Shown here piece after piece: positions 1 through 14,224 of a stretch of DNA of 64,000 nt (position 1 is its first letter; each line of letters starts with the position of its first letter). The translations under genes and the position numbers were made by a program. The DNA lies in contig NC_087245.1 of assembly GCF_037042905.1 (NCBI RefSeq), positions 9,364,001-9,428,000 of the forward strand, given 5' to 3'. Origin of the DNA: Lytechinus pictus. Lineage: Eukaryota. Under the pieces are notes generated by a model. It was not told where the DNA came from. It did no database searches and saw only the letters and a list, made by a program, of their open reading frames with translations.

Positions 1-595
1 GTTGGACGGAGTTTACAATCTTAAGTCATGACGCATGATTGTTGCGTGAATATGCTATTCTACCATACTTTGGCAAAAGGAGGCAGGTTACAAAAGTATA
101 ATTTGTTGTTAATGAGCAACGTTTGTTCGTCATTTACATAGGCGTCAGTGCAATTTAACAGCATATTTTCTTCAATATCTTGCCATAGAACGATCATTTC
201 TTCCCCAAATTTTGCCTGAACGTGCAAGATACAAAGGGTGTTTCAGAAACAAGAATAACACAAATTTGACTGATGTAACAATTGCTGCCTTATACCAAAT
301 TTGGGCAGCATAGCTGTATGTATTGGATGATATCTTAATTGACATGATTGAGGTGGCGTACTATGAATATGAGAAGAATCCTATATACTCTTGCAAAGAA
401 AATAGATACATTGTGCGCCTTATTTTGTGCAGCTTCACCGAACGTCTCATGAGCTCTATTTTGTAGAAAAGCAAAGGAGGGGAAGGGCAAATGAAACCAG
501 TAAAGATGAAGATTTTGATTCATCAGGAATTGTGTGTCATTCAATATAATTATTCTGAATAACAAGTTTACTCGTCATCCAGCATGCTTCTTCTG

Positions 596-640
596 CCCCC
601 CCCCCCCTCCCCTCTCCCTCTCTCTCTCTCTCTCTCTTTC
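596..640. repeat. poly-C + (CT)n microsatellite
   Basis: Directly visible. Confidence 0.9.
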
Positions 641-1375
641 ACTTTTTCTCTCCCATGAAGTACCTGTTATTTCCAAACACATATAACCACCCACTTGCTC
701 AAATGCACGCACACATATTAATATACTTACAAATAATTATGATAATACTAACGCACTTCTTGTATAGCGCATATTAAATTATGTCATAACGTCCCTATGC
801 ACTTCCAAAGGACTTGGATTATGGTTCGTCTCTTGTTCTTATATCGTAATCTAATTCGTGCTCCTATTTTTTATTATTAATTCATTTTTGTCTCTTTTTC
901 CATTCTTTTTATATATTATTCTTAAACAATTTCTCTTCTCCCTTTATTGGTATTATAAGAGTAATCTTGATTATCTTTACTTATCTTTGCATCTGGCTTC
1001 CCTCCCTCTCTCATTTTTTCACGTCGGATGTGTTATATCTAATAGGTTGCCCCCCCCCCCTCTTCCACACACCCTTGCGCACATTGTTTTAGAGTTTATT
1101 CCACATACATTTGCCACTTTGTTCGTTCCACTTTCGTACCATCCTTCCTGTCTTTCCAACCCTCCCAATTATAATGGCACCAGCAGAGTTGGTAGTATGA
1201 TTTCTTTGCACTCATCGTTCCCGCACGAAAACCACTCAAAGAAATCATCAAATCGAAGGAAAACGATACAAAGCCTTTGATTTCTCTCTCCTTATCGAAT
1301 TCACTTCATATCCTCCTCTTCCTCCCCCACACGCTTTTTTTCTTTCTTTTCATTTCATCATATTCTGAGTAGTGG

Positions 1376-1450
1376 ATGCATATCCCCAATCCGTTTGCCC
1401 ACAACGTTTTCAAGCCCGTTCCACTAGGGACAAATATTTACATACCGACG
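1376..1450 (+). CDS. Tentative first coding exon of Sp6-9 (MHIPNPFAHNVFKPVPLGTNIYIPT)
   Basis: ATG at 1376, 25 open codons, then a phase-0 but weak donor ACG|GTACTT that would join the 5260 acceptor in frame. No recognised homology. A stronger donor at 1458 is out of phase. Confidence 0.2.
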
Positions 1451-2814
1451 GTACTTGGTAAGCTTGAGTACGGGGCAATGTCCCGGTAATTACTCCGCCT
1501 CTGCCCGCTAACATATCTTAGCGACGTCTTTTCAGGTATATGGTCCCTTGCAAATTATTTTTCAGCTCTCATTGTTTTTATAGCATTGATATCCATCGAA
1601 AAAAAACATTTAAATTGTTTTAAAGACGATCACTAAGTAGCCTAATCACTCTGTGACTGTTGTCAAATTTATCATGACTTACCAAGATACTCTTGATAGC
1701 TTAATGCATGCTTTCAAACAATTTTAATATTTTTTAATCTTATTATCCAAATTGAATTGCACGTAAATGAAACTTTAGGTCTATCATAAAACCAAAGACA
1801 GAGGAAAGACTACATTAATCAGCAAACACGTGTATTCAAGTGGCCACGAATTGTTACTTTTTATCTTATCCAGTTTGCATCGAGATGGAGCCTAGTGAAT
1901 TTCTTATTTGCACATTATGATTATCATGTCACCCATTTCGCTTTTTACTCACTTTTACGCTTCTAGCATGTTTAGCTAACGCATAATTTTTCTCTTTTTA
2001 TCTCAAATATAATCACTGGCAATGATTCCATTGCTTGTTGTCATGATCTCTTACTTTTCTAAATGACTTCCTTCTATATTTGTTTTAATGATGATAAGGG
2101 AATAACTCCTCTTCGACATGTTCAAAACACATATTGTAAAAAAAAATAGTGAAATGGTGACCTTGGACTTGGTTAGATATTTTTATTTCTCACTACGAAT
2201 TTCATTTCGTTATATCATCGTGCATTTTGATTTGGAGTCCCCAAAAATTGATTATTATATCACCGCAACCAAACCCTCTCCAAGTTATATATCTTACAAG
2301 TTGATTCCCAATGTTTCGCAATGCAAATAATAAGTTTTATATCGATAATATTGCTGTTTCTTTGGCTAAGGTCATATGATGTCTCGGTCAGTCATCTGCG
2401 GTAAATTGGGGTGCTACCTATTGAATCTCAAGTGATGGGAATAATAATGATGTCGCTTTAAAAAGAAATCTTAAATCGATACTAATTATGATCGACCGTC
2501 CTAACCTTCCAATCTCTTTTGTTTGATTATCATTCTTGATGGTTGTACGATCGTCTGATCGGCTGTATCGATTGATATATTCGACAATATCGCTTTTGCC
2601 TGTTTGGGATGCAGAGTTCATCGTAAGGTCGGATCCTTCCTTGATTACTTTTATTTGTCCAACTGAGTAATATGGAATGATATGATACTTGTTTATATAA
2701 ATATATGAGAGAATGCTTCAAAGCATATGGTCTCCATGCCAACACCACAGTTTATCTTTAAGTTAAAGATTTTACTTTTATTGGTACTGTGTTCATTCGA
2801 CTTGACTATAAATT

Positions 2815-2987
2815 ATATAGCCATGTCCAAAATTACTTTACAAAGCCGAGCCCAAAGCAGATGTCACTAGGCCTACAGTGCATATCATTCTGTCAGATAT
2901 ACTATTATACAGTATATCTGACAGAATGATATTAGTGACATCTGCATTGGGCTCGGCTTTGTAAAATAAGTTCGGACACGGCTATAT
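2815..2987. mobile_element. ~170-bp fold-back palindrome, MITE-like
   Basis: Outer arms ATATAGCC(A/G)TGTCC...CAAAGCCGAGCCCAA...GATGTCACTA, plus a perfect 22-bp inner stem (2882-2903 / 2911-2932) around a 7-nt loop. TA-rich ends. Confidence 0.8.
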
Positions 2988-5259
2988 TTCTTTACAAGAT
3001 ATTTAGCGTGCTAGCAGTAAAGTTGGTGTATTTCCAAAATGAAAAGGACCAAAATAATTAAATAATATCTGTGTAAAAGACCAAAGGCGTGTGTCATGAA
3101 CACTCTAACAAAACGAGACAGTGGCAATACTTGCATAATTATGTTATGCGATGTAATTTATATTCACTGGATGGGAGCAAGCCATGCAAAGCCACGCTTT
3201 TTAGTATTTAACATTTCATGTTTGATTTATTTCAGTTTACCAGATTTGACCATGTTAGTGCTGCCAAAAATTTCCGTTACACGTTATTAGAAAAAAACGT
3301 CTTCAGTTAGAAATCGCTTTCTTTTTTGAGGGACACAATTGTGCTCAAACGGTGAAAGTTTTCTTAGAATTACTATTCTGCATTTCTTTACAAGACCTAT
3401 AATTCTCACCAAAGCGTTCAAAAGTCCATTTTGGAACCAGTTTTTTTTTTTTAAATTGCGTTGAATAATTTTACGATTTGACGGTAAATATAACATTGTT
3501 GTTATACTCATCAAAATTACTCGCCAAAATGTAACATGTTTGAAAATTATTTCATCCATTCATCTATCACAAACAGAAAGCAAGAGCGTGTAAATCAGGA
3601 TTAAAAAAACACGGAATATTCTTGCTCACAAACTGCAAAAGATACCGTGGAGATACTATATATCTCAAGGATAATATATTTCGACAAACGATAAGTTTTC
3701 TGCATGAAATGAAATAGTTCGTCCAATTCATCTTTGTTTATTTGAATACGAGTAAATCATATTATCGTTGACAGTGTTACCACATTTTCCGTTACGTATA
3801 TAGGCCTAACTCTTTGCTTATTTCTTTAGCTCTGTAGTTATCATATCGTATACTTTCCTAAAAAACAATGACCTACACTTAACTTTCTTTAGTTCTACCT
3901 TTTTCCGTTTCTTACTGACTAACTATTAAACATTGGAGTTGTTTTTGTTAGCACTTCTCTTGGCTTTGTATAGTTTACCGTTTCAAAATTAATTACAGCT
4001 CTTTGTATGCCGTTAACGCATCACCTAAACTCCATTAGATGAAGGAAAATAGTGTTAAATCAACCGATACAGTTTCATCAAAGCTCCAAGGCACTTACTT
4101 ATAAATGAAGAATTTGTTCTCTATTCTTCTTTATCTTTCTCCTCTTGTGGCGGGAAACGATAGAAACGGAACTTAGTATATATTGTTCGACTATCAACCA
4201 GCTTGCCGGCGGTTGTCTTTAGGCTAGACAGATGCTCTCGTGTTCCGGAGAGTCCGGGTGTTCGCCAACTCCGGCTCCACATCGTTTATCCCCTATCTTA
4301 TCCCACTTTTTTGTTTTGCAGTTTGACGTACCCGTAGTTGGGGGCGCCTCTCTACTAATAGGGTGTCATAACAGTGGTATCATTTTTCAATTAAAGAAGA
4401 CCCGTCGAAGATGTGTGGCAAACCCCCTGAGCTGTTTTTGTGCTTTTTACCAAGGTCCTTTGAGTGGTTGGCTACAGTCTTTCCCTAAAAGTATATTGAA
4501 TCTTCTGACAACCATACATCAGAAGGGAAACATTCTGTAATATTCAGATTATGTCATTTAGATTCTCAAATTAGTTTGAGTTTTTTAAGGTTATGAATGG
4601 AGATGTGTGTAATGACAATCTCAAGACATAGTGGTCGAAAAACGGTTTATACAGTATGTATTTATTATAGGACTATATCGATTTATATTTAATATTAGTT
4701 TTCTGAAATAATGATTACATTGAGTAAAAAATGAATTATCAAAGGATAAAAAAACATCTAACAGTAACAGTATAATTTAACCTTGTCATGTGAATCACTA
4801 AAAAGGTGGTAATCTGTTACTCCCTTTTCTTTAATATGATTAACCTTTTTTTATATTCCTTTTTCTAATTTTTCTCTTCATTGTTTCCCCAAAAACTATC
4901 GACCAGAAATTTATTAAACAACTATCTTGCGAAAGGAAGGGCGAATCGCGTGGTAGCACTGCCTGCCAGCCTCCCACGGTGATGCGCTTAACGCCTTTCA
5001 GACTCCTTGTCTGGTACCCGATCACAATCAATTTATACAAATGATGATAATTCTTCCAGAATTGCCGAGGGTAATTATAATTCTTCTCTTTTTTCCGAGG
5101 GCTGGCTAGGAAGAGAGACACGAAACTCGGTCTGAATTAGGAAGGGGGTAGCGAGGAGTATTAAGTTAATGATAATTGCCTTCCCGTCGCGCCGATTTTC
5201 CATTAAAAAGCAAGTTTGATTGATAAGTGTGATGCATCTTTTCTTATCTTTTGCTGCAG

Positions 5260-6651
5260 GAACCATCGCGTAAAGGACGACCACCTCTAGCCATGTTAGC
5301 CGCCACATGTGACAGAGTCGCTGAGGGGAGTCCAGAGAGTTTCCCAGATCCACCCAAGGCAAAAGGTTTTCATCCCTTCAAGAGAACGACACCAAGTTCA
5401 TCTGGACTGACTAGTGAACATGCAACATCCAGATTCGCCGGTATGACGGCCCCCGGAAGTATGCTTGGCGCATCCTTTCCGTATCCTCTGGCACCAAGTA
5501 GTTCACTTACCTCACCATTTTCTGGAGAATTATTCTTCTCACGAAAATCTGAACCTAGAATCCCAATTGCTACTGAGACACCAAAGTCAAACACCTCACC
5601 GTATGGACACAAAACCGGGTTTAGCTCGGAGACAGAGCATTTGGCAGGTATCCTACCTCCTCAACTTTGTGGACATTCTGCTTATGAATCGTGGCTGAAA
5701 GCGGCAACATCTGCGTCAGTATTATCGCGAGAACACGGTGTTCATGGCTTCAGTCCCGCCTTTTGGGGTTTACCGGGTGCCCAGGCTAGTTTGCTGGACC
5801 TTCATAGCAGTGCAGGCACTCTACCTTCACATTTTGGCAAGATGCCAACCTGTTCAACCGCATCAGACTGTAACGCATTGGCTCTGAGCCATTCAGTTTT
5901 ACCATATCCGCCGCTTACTACTGCAAATCCATCTCTCTTTAGCCCATCACATCTGTTTCCTCCAAGTAGTTTCAACTCATTCTTACCTCCTGGTTACGAT
6001 ATTATGAGCCTGACAGAGATGCGATCCTCCTTCTTTGGACCAGCTGGACTCGGACTTTCACTGTCAAGAGCAAGTCGCCGTTACAGCGGCAGGGCAACTT
6101 GCGATTGTCCGAACTGTCAGGAAAATGAACGGTTAGCCGCAGCCGGTCAACCCATACGAAAGAAAAATATCCACAGTTGTCACATTCCGGGGTGTGGTAA
6201 GATTTATGGGAAGACATCGCACCTGAAGGCGCATCTTCGATGGCATACGGGTGAACGTCCCTTCGTATGTAACTGGCTTTTCTGCGGTAAGCGTTTCACC
6301 CGGTCCGATGAGCTCCAACGTCATCTTCGTACGCATACAGGAGAGAAGCGGTTTGCTTGCCCAACGTGTAACAAACGCTTCATGCGAAGCGATCACCTTA
6401 GCAAGCACGTCAAAACCCATCAGAACAATAACAACAACAGTGGAAATGCCAACAGCGGTAATGCCTCTAGCAAAGCAGCGGGAGAAACAGGAAAGATATC
6501 ACCGATTAAGAAGTTAGCAAGTGTCGGTAGCAGCGAAGCGGAATCGAGCCCTAGCGGTACAGAGGGGTCACCGTCACCGGCGTCTACTGGACCGGGACCA
6601 ATCAGCATGTCCGTTCCACAGTCAGCTGCCCTCAAAATAGCAACACCATAG
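5260..6651 (+). CDS. Sp6-9: Sp/buttonhead-family C2H2 zinc-finger transcription factor, Sp6-9 clade (Sp8/Sp9-like), main coding exon
   Basis: Sp box [13 protein letters not shown], Btd box [16 protein letters not shown] and three C2H2 fingers ([23 protein letters not shown] / [23 protein letters not shown] / [21 protein letters not shown]) almost identical to vertebrate Sp8/Sp9 as I recall them. A pyrimidine tract plus CAG acceptor lies at 5238-5259, so the TTG start in the ORF track is probably intronic. The exon starts in phase 0 (EPSRKG...) and stops at TAG 6649-6651. Confidence 0.95.
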   Translation, partial: EPSRKGRPPLAMLAATCDRVAEGSPESFPDPPKAKGFHPFKRTTPSSSGLTSEHATSRFAGMTAPGSMLGASFPYPLAPSSSLTSPFSGELFFSRKSEPRIPIATETPKSNTSPYGHKTGFSSETEHLAGILPPQLCGHSAYESWLKAATSASVLSREHGVHGFSPAFWGLPGAQASLLDLHSSAGTLPSHFGKMPTCSTASDCNALALSHSVLPYPPLTTANPSLFSPSHLFPPSSFNSFLPPGYDIMSLTEMRSSFFGPAGLGLSLSRASRRYSGRATCDCPNCQENERLAAAGQPIRKKNIHSCHIPGCGKIYGKTSHLKAHLRWHTGERPFVCNWLFCGKRFTRSDELQRHLRTHTGEKRFACPTCNKRFMRSDHLSKHVKTHQNNNNNSGNANSGNASSKAAGETGKISPIKKLASVGSSEAESSPSGTEGSPSPASTGPGPISMSVPQSAALKIATP

Positions 6652-7308
6652 CAGTATACAATAAATTGGACTTTTGAATTCAAATGACTCCTCAGTGTAT
6701 TATAGACTTGGAGTATGATGTGAAACAATTATCCTTTTTAGTGTTTAAAACTAATAGATACATCTGGCATCAATAAGAGCTGCAAGGCTGCCAAAAAAAT
6801 CAGAGATTGTTGTGGAATCACCTTTCCAAGGTTTTCTATGGAATCCTATGATTTTTAATCAGAATTTCTACCATTCCATTCCCCTGAAAACACACTCAAT
6901 GGCACTTTTTATTCATATGAATATTATTTTAATGTAATTATGATTATTCTTCTTGCATAAGAAGTCATCAAACAGCTGGAAGTATAGCAGTTTTTTATCA
7001 TATTTATTCGGGGAACCATTCCTCTTATTTTCTATCCTGCAATATTAATATTTGATATTGTTAAAAAAAAATGTTTAGAGTATCCCAGTGCATTACGCAA
7101 CAACACCAACAACTCCATGACACGACCTCAAGGTCTGTTATCTATAAACAAGCACAATCCATATCGACATATTTGAAATTGATTCTATGTACTAGCATAT
7201 TTCAAATCATTACCGTATATCATGTACAGTTGCCTGGTCGTACATCATTTTCATTCAGTAAGATATTAATTTTCTCTCTTTCTAAAGTATGAGGTCTTAT
7301 TGCGAGAA

Positions 7309-7314
7309 AATAAA
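7309..7314 (+). promoter_or_regulatory. Candidate polyadenylation signal of Sp6-9
   Basis: AATAAA followed by a GT/T-rich tract (TTGTTATATGTTTTGGT), about 660 nt after the stop. Another AATAAA lies at 6660-6665. Confidence 0.35.
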
Positions 7315-10300
7315 AATTGTTATATGTTTTGGTATTCTTTCATCTCTTTTCAGGAAATTTAAGATGCTTCATCCTGAAAGGATGTTTTTTTAAGTACTTT
7401 GATCCTACAAAAAGTTCTATAAAATCGTTTCGATTTTTTTAACGCCACAGTTTCCATAAAATTCTCCTGAAATGGGTTTTATTATATTGATGAAATAGTA
7501 ATTATGGACGAGAATAACCTTGTGTAATACTAACTTTTATGCAGTTTACAACAAAAACGTTACTATGATTTTCTATGCATTGCTTATAAAAACTGGAGCG
7601 ATTCTCTACTCACCTTAAACCGTCATATACTTCCTAAATGCTTATCTGTTTTAAAGTGGGAAGAGAAAGATCCTTTAAAACGGAATAATATCCACCGTTA
7701 GTCGGTGATTGAAATCTTTTTTTTTTTAATGAAGAAAGCGTCATACTCTATTATTTGTTCGGGAGAGATAAACTGTCCTGATAAAATCTGAATAATACCA
7801 TATTGTGTGGACGGGAAGGGTCTGATGAAGATTTAGGAATATTACATTTGATTTGCCTCACCAATGAATCTTTGGATTATGTGGTGCTCCTAAAAGAGAA
7901 GATGCAAGCTTTCATTCGGGGTATCGACTATCATTAACCAGGTTAACACCGGATCCTTCCCGATCGACTTTTTCTTCCGTCAAGATGAGCGCCTTAAGAA
8001 AAGATAATACCTTACTTGACAGTGAGAATATCAAAAAAAAGAATAGCCATTATCAACCCTCCCAATATGGCGATAATGGCTACTTTCTAACACCCCTGTT
8101 CTGAAACATAAGGATAAAGATGGCATTATTGTAGGCCGACTCGATTTGGCGGGGGTTAAACGATAAGCCATGCCTTGCGTCTTTACGTTCAAGTCTCCAA
8201 ATGTCAGGAGAGTTTGAACGGCTGTTTTTCTCGCGCGTAGCCGTATAGGAAATGAGAAGAAAGGTAGAGAAGGAGGAGAGAGAAACGGAAAGAAGAAAGG
8301 ACACAAGAGGGAACGATAGAGGTTTTAGAAAATGGCAGGCGAGAAAAAAATATGGTGTAGTTAATAAAGACGTATGGTTGAGAAGACGCGAGATGACAGC
8401 GAGGGGTTATTGCGCGTTTAGTAGATACCCTGTGTCGTGAATTCTGGTGAAGTCTTTCCAACAAATTAACCCAGGGCGAGGAGCTCGAGCTTGAGAAACG
8501 GTAGCTAACTACAGCCAAAGTCGCGTTTAGCAGCATAGAAACACTTTCATGACCTGTTCAGATTGTTCAGGTATATATTGTCCAGTGTTTTTAGCTACTT
8601 TAGGATGTTTCTACCGTATTCGTTCAAGCGATGGGTTGTAGGCCTACTGCTTTTGGAATATAACCCACACGAGTTCCTGCTCTCTGATTTTCGCTCCGCC
8701 ATGATTTCTCTCTTATTATATGTATATATATTGACCTATGTTTTAATTTCTCTTTCCCCCTCTTCCATTCTGTCTGTCTGCCTGTCTATCCTTACGACAT
8801 TGCCAACTTCTCTCTTTTGGCTTCATCATCCATCTACAATTAAGAAAAATTCGGATTTGAATAACGTGCTTGGCGATAATACTTTCATCTTGCTGTATAG
8901 CCTCAGATCTATCTTTTGGATCAAAAATGCGTTGCCACTTGACATAGTGTCACCAGCGTGATGAATGGGTGTAAGATTTTCTTGTTTTCAAATGGCGTCC
9001 ATTAGTCCCGACCACTCATTTTGTCGATGATATAAGGGTAAATTAAACGTCTATAAAACAGTTCTCTGGTTTGTTTCAGTGACCTCTAATGATGCCGTAT
9101 TTATTATTCAATGATATGTTTTCTTGTTATTTGATCTTTACAAAGGTTATGGGTCTGTGAATTCCAAATACTTTTCAGCATGTTTTTTCCCGAATTCCGT
9201 AGAACTTTACTTGTTTGGTTGTATCATATTCCCTCAAGTCAGCATCGACAGCCTTGTAATCTTTAACTTTTATTTACCATATATCATTTCAGATATTTTT
9301 TTATATTTTGAATGGCCCTTTTCTTTCAATATGCTCTACAGTATTACCATAACCATTAACAGGAGAGAGAATGTCTTCTAAATATTAACTTCGATATCAT
9401 ACCGAATCATATGGAAGCCCTGAGCAGGATTATGATGAAATGGTAAATCTTCGACTTATGTCACTTAATAATGGCAATATATTGATTAAACCTTTATAAC
9501 AAGAAAATGTATTCAATTCCTTATATCTTCAATCTCATCTCGTGGTATTTGACATTGATTTAAAGATATATCTTATATTTATGAGACAATTTTATTTTTC
9601 ATGTTGTATCTTGCCGTATGCCTTGATCTGATTTCATTTGTATTTTGTTTATGGTAAACAGGGGTATAACGATTTTTGGCATGATAGTGTAGAAAAGACG
9701 AACAGAAAATTTGCTGTGATTAATTTATATGTTCATGTGCTGGTGTAACCTGATCATGTAATTATTTTCAAATGAAATTGTCACGTGGTTTCCTTAATGC
9801 TAAGTCATCTGCTTTGCATGTAGATGATATTCAAAAATTGATTTTCACCAATTTATATTCTGAAATATTACCAAAAATACTACTCATATCAATTATCTAT
9901 ATATATATGATTGGACATATTTAATGGCGTTTTAGGCCTATTTGTCTGACAAAGGATATGATAACGAAGGGTTTTCTTATGTACATATGCTGTGAAATAG
10001 TTGAATATATTATTATGCTATTGGACTGTATCTCTTGCGTTTTTTCTTCGTAAGTTTGGGTGTAATATATGATGGAATTGTATCTAGAAATAAGATTTGA
10101 TGTTGTACAAAATGTCTATTGTGATATATATACCGAGCTTCAGAGTTAAAAGAGATTTTTGCCGTTCTAAACGGGTATTCCGGGGATGTATTGATAACAA
10201 TTCGAATTGATTGAGTAATTTTTTTCTGTGTTGTGAAAATATATGTCTACGGAGTAAAATGAAATTATAACATGAAAATGAATAGATGATGTATTTGCAT

Positions 10301-13300
10301 TTTTTTTTATTCTGTTTTTGCAATTAAATAGGTATGCATGAATACATCTCAGGTGTGGCGATGGGCGAAATGGAAAAGAAGAAAATAAATTTAATTGTAC
10401 ACACGAGAAGAAAAAAAAATGCATTAACTGTGTGCGCGTGTGGGGTGTGAGTATGTGTGTAGCAAAGAGAGGGAGAGAAATTGAAAGAGACGGGGGCAAG
10501 GAGTCATGATAAAATGAGAGAGAAGAGGAGATACTGCAAGTGGAATGGAGAATATGGAAGAGTATAGTAGAAAAAAGGCAAAGAAGGAAAATAATGAAAG
10601 TAAAATTTTGAGAACTTTAATAGCTTTAAGAATTTCAACAAATTAAGAAAAAACCTTCTTTACATTGGAAATATAGTCCAATTCGGTACATACCGGCACT
10701 TTTGATTTATGATATCGGTTTCAAGACATTAAGCAAGACATCATAAGCAACTAAAATTATTATAAAGACTAAACTTTTAGTTTTGAACTATGATATGTTT
10801 CATTCGGTGAATATATTATCATTTGCAATTTTTTTTTAAAGTATAAAGAGAGAAATACATCAATGAAATTTTTTGGCTTAACAGAAAAAATGGGATATTA
10901 AAAAGAAGTTCTTCAATGAATGATAGAAGTAGACGAACGTCAGCTATTTTCATAGTAAGGCAGAGATAATTTATTAGACCAAACACACAATTTTTAGATG
11001 CAATCAGCAAACATCCACTCAAACAATACATACTTAACACACGCACACTTCCGTCCAACCTCACATCATGAATACCCACACACACCCTCTCCTTCCCACC
11101 CTACTCTCACCCACAAACACACCCACACATTTACTCACAAACACACATTTACACCTTCCAACCTATACTGTCACCCCCACACACAACCATACATTAACAA
11201 CCTCACGCACACCTTTGTAGTTCGTTTAGCTACAGGAAATATTTTCTTAACACGCTCATCTCCCGCGTTTGGTGACGTTTCTTGCATGTCAGCAGGGTGC
11301 GATATAAAAATACATCTTATGCTGAGGAAATAGCAAATGAGATATATGTTTTTCTACTTCGCCATCCGAAAACAAATTCCAGGCCTGGCACAAACACACC
11401 CACCAAGCGAGAGAAAGACGAAGAAGAAGTCATTTCACATCTGTGTGGCTCTGGAAAAACATTAATTTGATTGAGGTTCTCCGAGTTCAAGTTAGAGATG
11501 TCGCCTATACGCCTTTTACGTGTGCCCTAAATTCACCCGCCAAGATGCGGCGAGAGACGGGGGGCGGGAGTCCGTTCCCCCCGTTTGCTGAAGTCTATAA
11601 GCAAAATTTCATGTCAGACATCTTGGGATTACCAGTTTTATCGATATCTGAAAAAAAGGGTTGCTTTTTATGAATATGACAGTGTTCTTTATCAGATATT
11701 TTGTTTTACTTAGATACGAAAAGACCCAGTTAATGTTTCATGAGGAACGCTTTTTGTATGTCTGTAAACCTTTTCATAAGGACTTACAAAGAAAAACCTC
11801 CACACCGGGCCTCCACACTAGATTTGATTACATGATCATGATCCTTTTTTTATACATAAAAAAAATTTATAAACCGATTCTTATGTATACTTAAATGATG
11901 TTGAATGAGTGAAAATTTACAGCACATTTCTGTAACCTTTACTATATAAAACTTGATACCATCACGACATTCATTGTAACTGAAATAATATGAAGATTGA
12001 CTGCTACTCCCTTCACTAGACAATGAATTTAAGCTTGTGTAGGGGACTCGACACATTTGTCATTTCTCTTGCTTTATCTGCCTTTTAAATCTATTGTACT
12101 CACTAGTAATTCCGAAATCATTAATTCATGAATAGAAATATCAACATCTAAGGCAAGTTGTGTGACCCCCTCATGATTAGACCGTATTCTAACCATGATG
12201 TACCCCTATGTACCACACTGAAAAGCTATCTTGCCCCAAGTCAAACTTGATATACCCACCCAGGGTGATTAGAGCGCCAACAAGGAGGATCTCACACGCG
12301 AAATAACCATCATCATCCCCGTCATCTACCTCATCACTTTTTATCTTCCTTTTCTTTTTCATACTAAACTTTTCCCGTCTCTCTCTCTCCCCCTCTCCAC
12401 TCTTTCTTCCTCTTGCGCTTTTTAACTCTTTCGATGTTCACTCTATCCGTCACAATATTGAGTTTAAGGGTTATTTCAACTTCACTCTTCTGATATAAAT
12501 ATATATAAATATATATATATATAACCGATATCCAAACTCAAAAACAAGTCACATATATTCTAATAATGGAACACTTTCTCTAGATTTCATTTGTCTTAAT
12601 CTTTTTTTGTGCAATCTTTTTTTTGTGCTTAATCTTTTCCTCAAAAATTATCATTACTACTTTTTTTTTGTGCTGTGCTATAACCGTATTTCTTATTGTC
12701 TGTATACACATATACTCCTTGGTTAATGTTAATATATCAATTCACCATTATTTCAGTGTTAGTAATTGATAGTGAGAGTAAATCTATTTTATGATGAAAC
12801 CATTACTTGGGTATATTATTTTTTTCTTTTAAACATTTATTGCTAGTTTCGCTCCGCTTCCCTTGTCCTTCCTAAATTTTGTCTCTGTAATCATCATGTT
12901 CATGATAGTTCAAAAACAAATTGAAAGTATAACAACACTGAATGGCTGTTTTTGTGAAGTTATGAACAATACCATGAAAATAATTTCTTAAAAATAAAAA
13001 AGCACATGTACTTACTCAGGAAAAATAAAATACCAATTAAATAACAGATGTCTAAACATACCTACACGCTGATACTTGTAGGTAAGTTGCAAGTGAATGC
13101 AGCCGTATGCCTGGAGTTCCCCAAGGCTATTATTTTTACCAACATTTAAAACGGTTATCATGTATGTACTTTGATATAGTCTTTGACTAAACATTCATTA
13201 CATAAACAGGATTGGGTTGAATTATTACTTGTAATTTATATATTTGTACACATTGGTTTGTCATAAATGCTAACATCTCTGCTGTGGCGGGGGAATCGAT

Positions 13301-13802
13301 CTGATGTCGGCATCAATCTGAATAATTCAACGGAGATAGATTGATCATTCATATATTTCATAGCAACGACAATGTGTTACATATAGAAAGAAAACAGACA
13401 GTTCAAAATCTGTGAAAAAGTCCGCTTTATATCACCATGTAAACCACTAATTTCCCAAAAATAAAAATGTAAAACTGTGAGCGACCCCTTTGAAGATCAG
13501 ATCTTTTGATAGCAGAGAAGGTTGATCCTTCCTTTATTTGGAAAAAAAATGTATCAATATAACTGTGCATCAGAATAAGAATGATTATCCAGCCATGAAA
13601 AGACATACTCGAGGAAAAAAAGAGTATAGGGTTGAAAAACATTGAAAATTATAGAGACAGAGCAAACACTCGCGAAGGCGGGATTTGAAATAATAATAAT
13701 AATTTGACAGGGCAAAGCAGCCCCTTATATAAACCGATTAACCGACTGTTTCTCTGTTTTATTATGAGATCTTCCATTAGCAACGAAATGTTACAATCAG
13801 TT

Positions 13803-14022
13803 ACTCTCGTCTTTCAATCTGAGGGACGTAGGTTCGATTTCCAGCGTGGCGTGTTTTCCTTCAGCAAGAAATTTACCCACATTGTGCTGCACTCAACTCA
13901 GGTGAGGTAAATGGGTACTGGCAGGAAGGAATTCCTCAAAAGGCTGTGAGCACAGGAATCGGTAGACTAGCTTAGCCGGGATAATAGCCCAACAAGGTGG
14001 ATATGTACGCCATACAAAACAT
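13803..14022 (+). mobile_element. tRNA-derived SINE, 5'-truncated
   Basis: B-box-like GGTTCGATTTCC and body GCAAGAAATTTACCCACATTGTGCTGCAC, shared with the copies at 30769 and 56201; followed by (ATT)n. Confidence 0.8.
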
Positions 14023-14224
14023 ATTGTTATTATTATTGTTATTATTATTCTTATCATTATTACTATTATCATTATTATTATTATTATTCTCCTTATTATG
14101 ATCATTATTATTATTATTATTATATAATTATTATTATCATTATTATCATCATTATTATTATTATTATCATTACTATTATTATTATCATCATCATCATCAT
14201 TATTATTATTATCATTATTATATT
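14023..14224. repeat. (ATT)n/(ATC)n microsatellite, expanded SINE tail
   Basis: Directly visible, immediately 3' of the SINE at 13803. Confidence 0.95.

Noticed and set aside
5251..5259. TTG start of the 466-aa ORF
   Set aside because: It lies in the splice-acceptor tract (TTGCTGCAG) and is an artefact of the ORF caller.
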